From Octopus bimaculoides (Eukaryota), in NCBI RefSeq assembly GCF_001194135.2, contig NC_068987.1, positions 45,881,378 to 45,945,377 on the forward strand: DNA of 64,000 nucleotides, in the 5' to 3' direction. Positions 12,212-26,489 of this stretch are shown piece after piece (the first letter of the stretch is position 1; each line of letters starts with the position of its first letter). The position numbers and the translations under genes are program-made. The notes below the pieces were generated by a model. The model made no database searches. It saw only the letters and a program-made list of their open reading frames with translations, and had not been told where the DNA came from.

Positions 12212-13079
12212 GTTAGTATTGCAAACCATAAGGTCATTTGCATATTTGTATATGTGTAGTTCATCTTGTTATTTTAGGGGTGTTTAGACTATATTATCCA
12301 TGACTTCTTTTTAAGCCAATAAGAATGTGATATGGCTGATGTTTCTAGGAAGTCATGTGAACATACAGAAGCTTCCTTGTTGGCTCATGTGAATATATTT
12401 TTAGCTAGTGAATCAGTGGATGGCTTGAGGCTGCCATTTTTTTTACCTTAACCTACAGAAGATGGCCACCAAATTATCTCTGCTTCTCCATCATCATACA
12501 TGTCACTCTTTCCCCATGTACTATATTTTCCTCTTACCACCTCCTTGCAGCCTACCCAATCACATACCATCTCTCTCCCTCTTATCCTTCTCCTATCTTC
12601 TATATTCTCATTACTATTCTGCTGCTCTTCCACCCCCATTTCTGCACTGTCAGTCATTTCATATTCTCCCTTCCCTTCCCTAACACATAGGCATCATTTG
12701 CTACCTTCATTTCTTGTCCACCATTCACTACATCCATCCCTCAACTCTACCCAATCATTACAGTTGTTACCTACTCTTTCCCACCACCTCCACTTATCCC
12801 TCAACATTTGTTCATTTATCATATTCACTCCCCCCCTCACTTGTTCCCTATATCTCACTCTCCCATATACTCTTACAACCTCTACCCATCCACGTCTACC
12901 TACCTCATACATTCAGTGTTCACCCTCACACCACTATTTTTATCTTTTCCAGCTCCACCTTAGTCACTCCCATTCTCTCTTCTATAATCCAAATAGCCAT
13001 GTAGCTCTTCTATAGCAAAAAACTTGCTCTGCTCTGGACCCTTCATTCATACTTTAACCCCACACCTCCTAACATAAAG

Positions 13080-13315
13080 CTGACTTCCTTGAGGATGGGG
13101 GTCATAGTCTTGAAAGGTACATGGCGACCCCACTAGAGATGGTGTTATGAAAAAAAGTACCCAGTACATATTGTAAATTAGTTAGTGTTTAGAAAGGAAT
13201 CCAACAGCAGAAAGCATGCCAAAGCAGACATTGGAGCCTTATGCACTCCTTGGACCCATCAAATCATCCAATCCATGCTAGCATGGAAGATGGACGTTAA
13301 ATAATGATAATGATG
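13080..13315 (+). mobile_element. Short element ending in the RTE-type tail, preceded by a pyrimidine-rich region (about 12470-13080)
   Basis: Ends CCATGCTAGCATGGAAGATGGACGTTAAATAATGATAATGATG. Related tails lie at about 8040-8290 (-), 20010-20120, 22090-22220, 25960-26200 (-), 29100-29360, 31500-31780, 35870-36120 (-), 55410-55670 and 60960-61115. Confidence 0.7.
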
Positions 13316-13669
13316 AATTAAATAACTGTTGTCCTCTGAAGACAAGTCTATTGTAATTTAATGTTTTTGTTTAATTCAATTGTCACCAATTGAAACCTTG
13401 ACAAGTGATAGAAAATCTTCTGTGATTATGTAATATTGTAAAATTAGATAGGCAACTTACATCCCATAATCCTCAAGATGAAGAATATAATGTCTTTTTA
13501 ATTCTTTTTCCATGAATAGAGCTCTAGGAACTCTGCAGAAGTTTAACCGAGTACATTTTTTTTCTTACTATATTTCTAACAACGTAATAAAAGTATAGTA
13601 GTTGATGGAACAAATGATGAGCTGTATGAATGTTACAACATTACAGAAGAAGATAAAAGAAGACAAAGA

Positions 13670-13688
13670 AATGGAAGAAGTAGAAGAA

Positions 13689-13735
<47 letters not shown>

Positions 13736-13900
13736 AGAAGAAGAAGAAGAAGGCGAGAAGACGGTGAGAAGAAGAAAAAAGAGGAGGGGAAGAAGAGGAG
13801 GAAGAGAAGGAAGAGAAGGAAGGAAAGGAAGAGATGGAGGAAGAGGAGGAGAATAAGGTGGAGGAAAAGAAAAGGAAGAAGAGAGAAAGAAAATAAAAAT
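13670..13900 (+). repeat. (GAA)n and degenerate purine-rich tract
   Basis: Direct reading of the sequence. Confidence 0.95.
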
Positions 13901-14205
13901 GTCAAAAATTAAAGTTCTATTGGGAAGATGGAGAAGGTTATAAGGAATGTCAAAAGAATGTCACATATGGAAATTCTAAAGACTAAAATGAAGGCTCAAA
14001 ATTAACTGAACTAAATGAAAAAGAGAGAAAAAATTTTAATCAAGTTATTAACATTTCAAATACATCAACTACCATGAAAGTATAATGCAAGTGGTGCACC
14101 TGTGTAACAAGTTAGTTGCAGCTGTTTGTGTGAAAATTGAAGCTGTCACTCACTGCATACGCACACACACACACACACATTTAGGTATATATGTGAATAT
14201 GTGTA

Positions 14206-14246
<41 letters not shown>

Positions 14247-15793
14247 ATTCACATACATACGTGTTTACAGATATATATGTATGTGTGTATATATTACTTC
14301 CCCATAGAGATTTATACAGACACGCATCTGTATAATGCTCTATGCTACGGTTTGATGTTATTGTTTTTTAGCAATGTATTCTTGTGAATATGCGTATATA
14401 TGTATATATATATATGCATGCTCATATATTGTGTCACCAAATTACATATAATAATGCAAACGCATATACGGAGACACTCATACGCACATACCTGCAAACA
14501 AACACTCTCTATGCTATAGACTGATGTTTTTACTGGCCATGTCTTCTCTTCAACTCTGGCATCCCCTCCACTTAGACCTAGACACATGTAGCCATCAACA
14601 ACCTCTTGTAGAACATTGTTATTACAGAGGTAAATCAGAAGTGAAAAATTAAAAAGTATAGTGACATGAAGTGAAAATAGTGAGAAGGATGTAATAGAGA
14701 AGTTAATTAAAACACAGAAAATGCTATCAGCTACATCCAAGTAGGATAACAGAAAATAGACATTACAATGTCAATGAGAATTATACAACTTCCTGATTTT
14801 CTTTTTCTTGAAATTTTATGTCTGGCTAGATTCTTCTATGAAAGCATTTTTTGTCTTCAAGTTTATCAAAGTGAAGATTAGCTTTGTGGTTCCACCTGCT
14901 TTTTATGGCACTGACCTCTATCCCCACATGGAAATTACTGTGTTTGCCAATGTATGTAACTTACTCTTGTGTAAGACACACCACTATTTTACAAGTACCA
15001 TCATCATTTTTTAATGTCCATGCTCCATATTGATTTCAAATTTTGGTACCAGGCCGGCAATTTCAAGGGGAGGAGTGAGTCAATTAAATCAACCCCAGTG
15101 TTTAACTGATACTTATTTTATTGACCCCCCAAAAGGATGAAAGGCAAAGATGACCTTCGTAGAATTTGAACTTAAAACATAAAGATGGATGAAATGCCAT
15201 TAAACATTTTGCCCAACATGCTACCAATTCTGCTAGCTTACCACCTTCGTGATTCAAATTTGCCTGTGACATTTAGTCTTCCATCTCTAATACAGCTGCA
15301 TTAGACAATTTCTTTCTAAATGAATATTTAAAAAATGAGTGTGTTTAATACACCAGCAAATACAGCATTTGTCTCTAAATAAATTAAGCTATTGAAAGAT
15401 ATGTCCATCTGATAGGGACACAGTCTAGTTCCTGTATGGTGATGGTGATTGTATTTAGTTGGAAGATTGGTGCCTTATTGACTTGTTAATCTCTAACTCT
15501 TATTCTTTAATTGGTTGGCACATGTCAATGGGAATACAGCAAGCATTGATAGGTTGATTGGTCAGTTAGACATTTATTAAGTGATTTTAAATCTTCAATC
15601 AAACATTGGCAGTTGTTCTTGGCAAAATGACAGCAGTCCTTTTGGTCAGTAATCTCAAAGAGCGAAGGCAGTGATCTTGAGTCACTTTGGCCATTGAACT
15701 CGGCATAAAAGTAATTTCTAATTTCAGGATTTATGTATTCAGACATCTCAGATCTTTCTCAGTGACAAATATCTGACTATATATGTGTGTGCA

Positions 15794-15836
<43 letters not shown>

Positions 15837-16057
15837 NNNNNNNNNNNNNNNNNNNNNNNNNNNNNNNNNNNNNNNNNNNNNNNNNNNNNNNNNNNNNNNN
15901 NNNNNNNNNNNNNNNNNNNNNNNNNNNNNNNNNNNNNNNNNNNNNNNNNNNNNNNNNNNNNNNNNNNNNNNNNNNNNNNNNNNNNNNNNNNNNNNNNNNN
16001 NNNNNNNNNNNNNNNNNNNNNNNNNNNNNNNNNNNNNNNNNNNNNNNNNNNNNNNNN

Positions 16058-16092
<35 letters not shown>

Positions 16093-16499
16093 TTTAAGTT
16101 CATTAATGGGAAACGTTTTGAATATGCATAAAAAGTTCCTATTTTATTATGCCAGCTTCAACCTAATGATACCAACTGGCAATAACTGTTTTTTGGGGTT
16201 GCACCGAGCTTTGCCAATATAATGTAAGATAAATACAGCAATAACAAAAATAATCCTTGGATGGAATTTATGAATATTTTAATGCATTGTTACATGTGTT
16301 TCCACAAATTACATGTTTCTTAAGATCATAGTCCGTATTCCTGGGATGATTACAGTTACAGTCCATAGTATCCATGGACATTGGGTAGATCATGTTCATG
16401 CATTCATTTCTTTGGGATATATAACTGGTACAACAAACAGATGAAACAGAACTCAATACATTTTTAATTTACTTTTTAATCTTTTTTTACTTTTTAAAA

Positions 16500-16625
<126 letters not shown>

Positions 16626-16833
16626 CCTCTAATTATTTTGGATGCTTAATTCTGAATTATGCATCTGAAAGGTCAGATAAATTTTTCCCCTAAACCTTGA
16701 AATTTCAGACTGAACCATACTGTTAATAGAAATACTTAAACTCCATGATGCCATATGTTGATGGCTTTTTCTTACCTTTATATACCTCTCTGTATGTATG
16801 TATATACATATACATATACATATGTGTTTAGAA

Positions 16834-17310
16834 ATACATAAGGTGCTATCAATTTGAATTGACAATCTAGCAATCTAGTGCCTTGAAATGTTGGTTCCAC
16901 TTGTGACATTGCATACAATTCAAAGAATTTTCCCAAGAAACCTGTTGTTGCATTAAAAATATCTCCACAAGAGTTTTTACCAGCTTGAAACAAAATCTTT
17001 GTTTAAAATCATGTAGCATGAAATTTTACATATACACCTATTTCATTAGAAGCTTAATGGCTAGGCAGGCAACAATTTCCATGGATCTCTGCACACATTT
17101 TAACAGTGTGATTGTCATCTGTTGTGGAATATCCTCCAGATTGTCTTTGATAGATGTTCTCTGAACACTTGCACCACTTGTGATATCAAGTTTTGCTCAA
17201 AGAATCCTTTCCCATAGAAATGTCTCTACAAAACGTTTTACTAATTCGAAACAGAATTTTGCATAACCATGCTGTTCTTCTAAGTTGTTTTTTGTCCAAT
17301 AATTCCTGCA
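16834..17310 (-). mobile_element. Internally deleted mariner-like relic carrying two tandem N-terminal HTH segments
   Basis: LEEQHGYAKFCFELVKRFVETF..YGKDSLSKT*YHKW (17133-17283) and RFCFKLVKTLVEIFLMQQQVSWENSLNCMQCHKWNQHFK (16874-16998). A TIR-like TACATAAGGTGCTATCAA lies at about 16835. Confidence 0.7.
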
Positions 17311-17492
17311 ACATACAGACAAGTGAACTAAAGATGTGTTCACCCTAACTTGTATTGAGTGATGGTTGGTATGGAATGACGTGTCTATTGTTATATTAAA
17401 GATTAAGGTCACATATACACAACCCTACAATGCAGAGCACACAGCATCTATTAGTTGGCTTGCTGTTATAAAAGCATGGTTTCTTTTTGGAC

Positions 17493-17558
<66 letters not shown>

Positions 17559-18323
17559 CAATCCAGAAAAGAGACATGATTGAGTGGAGAAGATATTGAC
17601 TTGATTGGATGTTTAATGTAGCAGCTAAATACATAGGAATTTGCATGAACTATCTAGACCTCGTAAATTTGTTTATGGTTTATAATGAGGTACATGAAAA
17701 ATACCTCATTCTCACTTGAATTGGCAGCTGGGACAGAGTCAATTGTAAGAAAACTAAGGAAAAAAAACAAGGTAAAAGAAACAAAGAAACAAACAAAAAT
17801 TTAATACACATGTAAAGACATGCACACACATACACAAACAGCCTTAATAAATCCTCAAATGAAAGAAGCAATTTACAGGGTAATTACAAATAAGCTGATT
17901 GCTTAAAAAAATGCAATAAAAACTGTGGACAGATTGCAAAGAATTTGCTTAGCTATGTTGAATATTGAACCTAAAAGTTGCTAGTTATGATAACAGTTGA
18001 ATTGTAGAGAGTCAGGCACTTAACATTGAACATTCATATGGATTCTGTTTATCATTGCTATTTCATTGCAATTTAAATAAGCTTGGACATAGAGATTAGT
18101 GAGGGATATCTTGGTTGAGACACATTAAGGGAGATATGTGTGACATATGTCAGTTATGCAGTTAGCTTGATGAGAGGAACAGAGTCCATTGAGGAAGCAA
18201 TAAAAAAGGGCAAAGAAGAGAAGAGATAGCTTGTATGTAAGCTGTTGTGATTTTTTTCCATTAAGTAAAATGGCTTTTATTTTTTTTCTTTTGTTTTAGA
18301 TATTTGTATATAGTAGTAGCACC

Positions 18324-18362
<39 letters not shown>

Positions 18363-18866
18363 NNNNNNNNNNNNNNNNNNNNNNNNNNNNNNNNNNNNNN
18401 NNNNNNNNNNNNNNNNNNNNNNNNNNNNNNNNNNNNNNNNNNNNNNNNNNNNNNNNNNNNNNNNNNNNNNNNNNNNNNNNNNNNNNNNNNNNNNNNNNNN
18501 NNNNNNNNNNNNNNNNNNNNNNNNNNNNNNNNNNNNNNNNNNNNNNNNNNNNNNNNNNNNNNNNNNNNNNNNNNNNNNNNNNNNNNNNNNNNNNNNNNNN
18601 NNNNNNNNNNNNNNNNNNNNNNNNNNNNNNNNNNNNNNNNNNNNNNNNNNNNNNNNNNNNNNNNNNNNNNNNNNNNNNNNNNNNNNNNNNNNNNNNNNNN
18701 NNNNNNNNNNNNNNNNNNNNNNNNNNNNNNNNNNNNNNNNNNNNNNNNNNNNNNNNNNNNNNNNNNNNNNNNNNNNNNNNNNNNNNNNNNNNNNNNNNNN
18801 NNNNNNNNNNNNNNNNNNNNNNNNNNNNNNNNNNNNNNNNNNNNNNNNNNNNNNNNNNNNNNNNNN

Positions 18867-18926
<60 letters not shown>

Positions 18927-21124
18927 TGATTGAGCAGCACTCCAATAGAAGTCCTACTTGTACTGTGAGTGTAGGTCAGCAAACTTATTCACAATATATT
19001 TGCCTGTAGTTTGGAAAACATTAGATAACAACTAAATCTCTTTTGTTTGGTTTAGGTCAGATAGTCTCCATAAAAAGCATATCTGAAAGTAACATCTTAT
19101 ATCTTTTCATGTTTAAAGAAGGGTTATATTTTAAGTAATATGAGATCAATGAATCATGGTGTAATGATAATATTAGTAATTGGCAGCATGATTCCATGGC
19201 CAATCACTGATAATGATGGAGTAGAGCAATGAAAAATATTGTAAAAATAATGAAGATGGAAAATATTCAAGAAATGTTTGATAAAGAATACAAAGATAAG
19301 TTTTAAAAGAAAAAGCTGTCAGAGATGGAAGTAAAATTCCCAGTTGGTGTCGTATTTTATAAACATTGTGTTTGAAATTTGATTAAGGCAACTTTAGTAA
19401 TTTCCACACAATCTCTGTGCTATATAAAATGATAGAATGAATACTGTAATTTCATAATATGTTATAAAGAAAATAACGAAGTACTTTACTGCCATTTTCT
19501 TAAGTGAAATGTGTTTAAGAGGTTTACATAAGTCTGCTCTATTGAGTTAAATAGATAAATGTTTCTTTCTAATTTTTTTTTTATGGTTGGTTAACTTTAT
19601 TATTATTACATTGTCAAACATTTAATCCTAAAATAGGAGATAACATTCAATATTCTAGCTTCTTTTAAAGCACTTCTTTCAAGAGGATGAAAGTTTTTGT
19701 ATATCTTACTCCAAAGAAGACGAGAAGAAATCTTGATCTTGTTCTAGACCACAAGAGTAGAATTGACATATTGAAAGTTTAACTGCCAACTGTTGTAGAT
19801 TTAATCTTGAGTTTAAAAGGGATGCAGCTTAGATATGAAGTGAATTTACAATTTGTTGTAGGGGTTGTTATTATGTTGTTGATAATTAGCAATTAGGGTA
19901 AGAAGCTGCATTTGTGGACAGAGATGTCCAAACAAATGAATATATATTTCAATACATTTGTCATATTTATTTATATCTTAGTTATGTAAAAGATGTATTT
20001 ATATAATGCTAAAACAGACATTGGAGCTTGACACAGCCCTCTGGCTTATTGGACCCTGTTGAACTATCCAAACCATGCTGGCATAGAAGATGCACAATGG
20101 ACATTAAATGATGATGAACAGAACTGAAAAACCAAGTGTTTGGCAATGCAGTGGTTCTTTATTTTATTTTCCGAGTATGGATGGCCAAACAGATAGGGTG
20201 GTAGACAACCACTCAGTATTAGTGAATTATATCACACCTGAGTTAATGTATTTTGTCTGTGAAAAAGACATTTAACTTTCTAATGGCATAGCCAATTTAA
20301 TGAGAATAAGCACCATAAGGTATGAATAAACAACAGCAGAAGCAGGAACAGCAGTTTGATAAATGAGTCAATAGATTGCAGTACTAAATTTAATTGCTTT
20401 TGTGGGTTTAAAGAAACCTTTCAAGTGTCTAGAGATATTTTCTGCCTATCTTGCTATTGGGTTCAGACTCTAGCTCAAATTATGGGCTGCATATACTGGA
20501 TGGTACACAACAGACCATGCTATACCCATTACAGATATAGCTGCCCTCACTAAATGACTAACTTCTGCTACAGTATAAAGCATATTTAGCATCTCTAAAA
20601 GGTTAGCATCTTTTCAAAACTGATACATTTTTCTCTCTGGCCCTGAGGAAAGAGCATCTCTTTTGGAAATACATTATAGAGTAGATAGGTTTTCTTATCT
20701 TAAAATTAATATCCAACAGTGATTGTCTTTAATTCTTCATGATGTAAATACAAGCATATTTTCTTTTGTAAACTCTCAAATTTGGAAATTCTGGTGTAAT
20801 GTTTGGCATAGCTAAACTGATCTTTCCATTTATTCCTAGCCAAATATTTCATTAAGATGTCTTCTATGGTTGCTTTAGAAATTAAATTTTAAAGGTTTAA
20901 TTATTTAAGATAGTTTCAAACAACAGCAAAACTGAATTCTAAGATTAGAATGTTATTTGGTATAGTATCTCATCTCTTTTTTTTTTCAGCTGTCATGATA
21001 AATTCTCATTTTCCTCTCTTCATACAATTAAATTAGTAAAAATATACACACATTAACACATAGAGAAATACATACAGAAGAGTGGAGGCAATCATTGCCC
21101 TTAAAATTACTTGCATTTCTACAG

Positions 21125-21168
21125 ATGATTTTCAAATCTTACAAGAACTATTAAATGTCAGTGCGCAG
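21125..21168 (+). CDS. Candidate 44-nt internal exon (DDFQILQELLNVSAQ)
   Basis: TTGCATTTCTACAG| acceptor, CAG|GTATTT donor and an open frame in unique sequence. No homology recognised. Confidence 0.3.
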
Positions 21169-22979
21169 GTATTTATTTTTCATTATTTTTTTTTTAACTT
21201 TTAAAACTTTGTTATTGGTATATTTTTAAGTAGAACATAAGTGTTAGATAATTTTTTTCCATTGTATCTTCTTGACTTTAGCAAAAATGTTTGTTTAATT
21301 TTCATTTTCAATAAATGCATATTTTTTTTTTTCAAAATTCAGGAAAGAACAAGTAATATGAGATTTAAAATTCAAATTATATTAGCCAATTATTATTATT
21401 TTTTTTAAAGAAACGTCCATTATTGTTTTCATTCAAGTATCTGATTTCAAAGTTAATGGGAAAATGATGTCTTTCTTGAGTGTAAAAAGCAACTAGATAA
21501 AATCATCAATAATTCACTCCGGAAGAAATGAATTATAGACAATAATGAGAAATTTTTTCCCAATGTCATGGATAATTCTTACAGCAATTGGCATCAGGTA
21601 TACAATTTCTACAAGATGAAGAAAACTGGTATATAGGTAGAATATTTCCACACATGATTTAAATGTAAAATATTCCGACACTATGTTCTATGTCATGAAA
21701 AGAAATTGTTATATCACAAGCAGGAAACAATTTCTATTGTATGTGATATACTGGTATATACTTTATGCAGTATGCTATGTACAGGTTGGTATTATAGAGA
21801 CATGTCATAAGACTAAAGAATTTCTACAACACATGGAGTATTTGTTGACATTCATAAAAGAAAAGGACTGTTCTTAGATATCTTTAAAAATAATCTAGCC
21901 ATGGTTTAGAATATGTATGTCATTATTCAGTTATTTCAAGATTTCTTGCCAATAGAGAAAGAACTGATCCAAAGCTCTTTCATTGGAATTTCGACATCAA
22001 CAACAAGGTATTTTTGTTTGTATGTATGCATGTATGTATGTAAGGATGGATGGATGGATATACACACACACACACACACATATAAGTTGAGTTAGGAAGG
22101 GCATTTAGCCATAGATACCATGCTAAAGTAAGCATTGGAATCCCAGCCTTTCGAATCCTGTTGAACCATTCAACCCATGCTAGCATGGAAAACAAACATT
22201 AAATGCTGCTGCTGCTGATGATAAGCACATATATATACATATATATATTCACTCATTCATTTATTCATTAACTTTTACATCTATTTTTCCATACTGTTAT
22301 GGGTTTGATGAATATGTTATGGTGGCATAACATAAGCCCTTCCTGACACTAGTCCTTACCTGTTTTTCAAGTAAAGGAGTTTTCATTCCACATGGTTCAG
22401 AGCCATGTCTGTATTTTAAAGAAACACTTTTTCAATATCAGCACATATAATCCTTACCCAGATGTATGTATGTATGTATGTATGTATGTATGTATGTATG
22501 TATGTATGTATGTATACTTCCTTAAATACTGAAACAAACATGAAAAAATATAAACTTAGTTACCATTAACCTCAAGTGGATGTTGGTATAATAATGATAA
22601 ATACAAATAATTTAGATCTCACCAAATTCTCACTGGAAGTAATAGTTTGTACTTACCTAAAAAATAAGAATAAAAGAAAAATTATTAGTGAAATTCATAA
22701 CAAAAATAAACAATATTGAAGAGAAGCTGACATTATTATATGTATTTTTTTGAGGAAATATATGTTCTAGAAAGTTTTATTCATATTTTTAATGAAAAAG
22801 GAAATGGAAAACCTGAAAGTGATAAATGACACTGAGTATGATTATAATTACTGCACAGGATGCTAACTAATTTTGATCACTTTAACCCCTTTGTTACCAA
22901 ATTTCTGTTGAAATATACAATCTTTGCTTTAATTGATTTTGAAAATAAGGAAAAGTTTAGTGAAACAACTTTGTTATTA

Positions 22980-24130
22980 TTAGGTTGTTCCGAAAATAAT
23001 GGCATCTCTAAGTGTTGTGTTTTGAAACACAATTTTATCATAGTATTTTAATTATATTTTAGGTGAATTGATGTATGCTCTTTAATAATTTTCTACTTAT
23101 TTCAGACAGAAAACATTCTTGAAGCATAGGCAGCCTTAATTATCAACATGACAAAGAAGAACCTTCTATTACTTTTCTTGCATGTGTTCAAGCTTGGGCA
23201 CAATGCTTCCCAAACTGCTGCCAATATCAACAGAGCATAGGAAGAGGGGCCCACAAGTGATCGCACAGTACAAAAGTGGTTTCAGAAATTCTGTAGTGGG
23301 GATGAGAGCCTTGAAGATGAAAAAGGTAGAGGATGGTCATGTAGTCTTGACAATGAACAACTGAAAGTAATTGTTGAACAAAAACCATGTCAAAGTGTCT
23401 CAGGCACTTGGTGTCAGTATTGCAATGGTCTCACGCAATCTGCAGAAGATTGGTAAGGTGAAAAAGCTTGATAAACGGGTACTACATGAGCTCAATGAAA
23501 ATCAAAAAGTTCGGCATTTTGAAGTGTACTTGATGCTCTTTCTGCAAAACACCAATGATCCTTTTCTTGACCAAATAGTCTCTTGTGATGAAAAGTGGAT
23601 CCTTTATGATAACCGTAAACGATCAGGTCAATGGCTTGATCATGAGTCCCCCAAACATTTCCCAAAGCCAAAGTTGCATCAGCAAAAGATTATGGTGACT
23701 GTCTGGTGGTCTGCAATTGGTGTTGTCCATTACTGCCTTCTGGAAGCCAATCAGAGCATTACAGCAGAGGTTTACTGCAATAAACTTGCTGAAATGCATG
23801 CTCACTTGCCAAAAATGAGACCTGCATTGGTGAATCAGCTTGCCCAATTCTGCTCCATGATAATGCAAAGCCACATGTTGCAAGAATGATACTGCAGAAA
23901 CTCACAGACATGGGATACAAGACTTTACCACATCCTCCATATTCTCCTGATCTTTCACCTACTGACTACCATTTTTTAAAGCATTTAAACACATTTTTAA
24001 GTGATAAAACTTTCAGGTCCAAACCAAAGGTGGAATCAACTTTCAAAGATTTCTTAGCATCAAAGCCAATATGTTTTTATCAACATAGGCATAAATAATC
24101 TCGTTGATCAATGGCAGAGATGCATAGATA
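22980..24130 (+). mobile_element. Mariner (DD34D) transposon relic; left TIR present, right end missing
   Basis: TA followed by TTAGGTTGTTCCGAAAATAATGGC at 22980. The transposase from ATG 23148 has HTH, CDEKW, HDNAKPH and HPPYSPDLSPTDY, with 34 residues between the second and third Asp. One stop and two frameshifts are visible. Confidence 0.93.
23148..24130 (+). pseudogene. Mariner transposase pseudogene
   Basis: Three frames join into a near-complete transposase: MTKKNLL...RA*EEG...QSV / SQALGVS...RPALVN / PILLHDNAKPH...WQRCID. Confidence 0.92.
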
Positions 24131-24200
24131 AAATTATGTTTCTGAAATCAGCATGGTATTTATTTATTAATTAGCATGAAACAGACATTAAATGATAATG

Positions 24201-24231
<31 letters not shown>

Positions 24232-24324
24232 TGTGTCTGTGTATATGTGTATACACAGAAAGAGAAAAAGAGAGAGTGAGAGAGATGGCATGCTTCTTTC
24301 AGTTTCCTTCAACCAAATCTATTT

Positions 24325-24679
24325 ACAAGACCTTGGAGTTTGAATTCAGAATGTAAAGATGGACAAAATGCCACTAAGTATTTTGCCCAGCATGCAATAA
24401 TAATAATCATAAAAAGATTAACAACAACAACAAGAGCAACAACAATAATAATGATTTCAAATTTTGGCACAAGGCCAGCAATTTTGGGGGAGGAGTTAAG
24501 TCAATTACATCAACCCCAGTTCTTTACTAGTACTTATTTTATTGACCTTGAAGGGGATGAAAGGCAAAGTTGACTCAGCAGAATTTGAACTCAGAATGTA
24601 ATGGCAAATGAAATGCCACTGAGCATTTCGCTCGGCGTGCTAACAATTCTGTCAGCTCAGCGCCTTAATGATAATAATG

Positions 24680-24722
<43 letters not shown>

Positions 24723-25197
24723 AGACAACACTTTTTGGTACAGCAAGGCTTTTAAGGAAAGTCTTATCTATGTAAGGCACAGAAGTGTGAGCAGTAAGGG
24801 ACCTTTGTTAGATTGTTGTTGACTGCTCCCTAACAGTTTAGTATTTAAAAAAAACAAAACATGAATTATAATGGCTTCAAAGTTTGGCACAGGGTTAGCA
24901 ATTTTAGGAAGCAGGAGAAAGTCAATTACTTCAATCTCTATGATTAACTACTANNNNNNNNNNNNNNNNNNNNNNNNNNNNNNNNNNNNNNNNNNNNNNN
25001 NNNNNNNNNNNNNNNNNNNNNNNNNNNNNNNNNNNNNNNNNNNNNNNNNNNNNNNNNNNNNNNNNNNNNNNNNNNNNNNNNNNNNNNNNNNNNNNNNNNN
25101 NNNNNNNNNNNNNNNNNNNNNNNNNNNNNNNNNNNNNNNNNNNNNNNNNNNNNNNNNNNNNNNNNNNNNNNNNNNNNNNNNNNNNNNNNNNNNNNNN

Positions 25198-25249
<52 letters not shown>

Positions 25250-25460
25250 TTTTCTAATTTTTGGCACAAGGCCAGCAGTTTTAACTAGTTGGACAAGTTG
25301 ATTACATTGACCCCTATACTTGATGGGCGCTTTATTTTATTGACTCCAATAGTATGAAAGGCAAAGTTGACTCTAGCAGGATTTGAACTCTTAATGAAGA
25401 GAGCAGGAATGAATACCACAGATTATCTTTTATTTTTTATGTTGCTTTAATGATTCTGTC
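24325..25460 (-). mobile_element. Cluster of SINE family A copies in (AAT)n tracts
   Basis: Copies at about 24325-24385 (partial), 24455-24665, 24870-24950 (partial, into the gap) and 25255-25460. Further single copies lie at about 15040-15248 (-), 39340-39535, 48370-48585, 58358-58540 and 60535-60740 (+). Confidence 0.8.
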
Positions 25461-26404
25461 AACTTGCTGCTTGTAAGAATAACAATGGTGATGATGATGA
25501 TAATAATAATAATCATAGAAGTTAAAAAGAACATTGATTTACACAAGTGAGTAGCTATATTCTTGTGAATGCTATAAAGTGTGTTCAGTGACAGCAGGTA
25601 TTACATGATTCAATGGAGGAGAGGAACTGAAAAATTTTTGCTTTGAAAGAAAACATCATGGGTTTTTTTTATGCAATATTAATATTCTTCCGTTTGTTTA
25701 TGAATTTATTGGAAACTTTAGGTGTGTGTTTCTTTTTAAGGGAGTTTATCTTAATAGGAATAACTTTTGAAAGGGGTTGCATTTGTTGATAGGTTTTGTG
25801 AGCACTGTTTGTATTATGTACACATGAATTACTAGCCCTATTTCAGTCATCTTAATAATCCTAGAGTCAAGGAGCCAACAGAAATTTTAGCACAATGTCA
25901 AAATAGAAATTATTGCAGAATCTGGTTTGTGCAAGTGTATACTACAACATCAACATCAACAGCAGCAATGTTAGATGTTGACATAAGTTGGACAGTTTAG
26001 CAGGATTTGATGGGTCCAAAGACTGCATCATGCTCCATTGTCATTTTTGGTATTGGTTCCTAAGGGTAGATGCTTCTGATACCAACCGCGCACTTTATAT
26101 CATATACTGTGTTTTTTTCATTTCACCAGCACTAGTGAGGTAGCTTGCAAGACTACAAACCTTGAGAGAGGTGGCTTTATGCCAGGAGATAAGGTGTTCA
26201 GTATAGGGGAAAGGGCCACAGCAGAACAGGTTTCCTGATGTGGAGGAGCTACATGATTACTCATATTTTAGAAAAGAGGGTGGGAGTGATTATGGTGGAA
26301 CTGGAAAGAGATAGAAATAGAGATGATGGGGTGTGTAGTCGTATGTGTACTCGACAAATTTTTAAACATGTGTACTTCTGTAGAAAGAATCAATATACAT
26401 GGAA

Positions 26405-26443
<39 letters not shown>

Positions 26444-26489
26444 ATTTAAAAGTAGTTCCAGGGTTTTTCTCTGTAAGTTTTCAACTTTG

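Noticed and set aside
12462-13015. Overlapping 70-170 aa ORFs rich in L/S/P/H
   Set aside because: They come from a low-complexity pyrimidine-rich repeat region and have no recognisable domain.
14492-14629. Exon-like segment with plausible splice sites on both strands (plus 14520-14629; minus ending CAG|GTATGT at 14492)
   Set aside because: Mutually incompatible readings and no recognisable peptide; cannot be distinguished from chance.
15525-15746. 73-aa Cys-containing ORF in unique sequence
   Set aside because: No motif, no convincing splice or start context.
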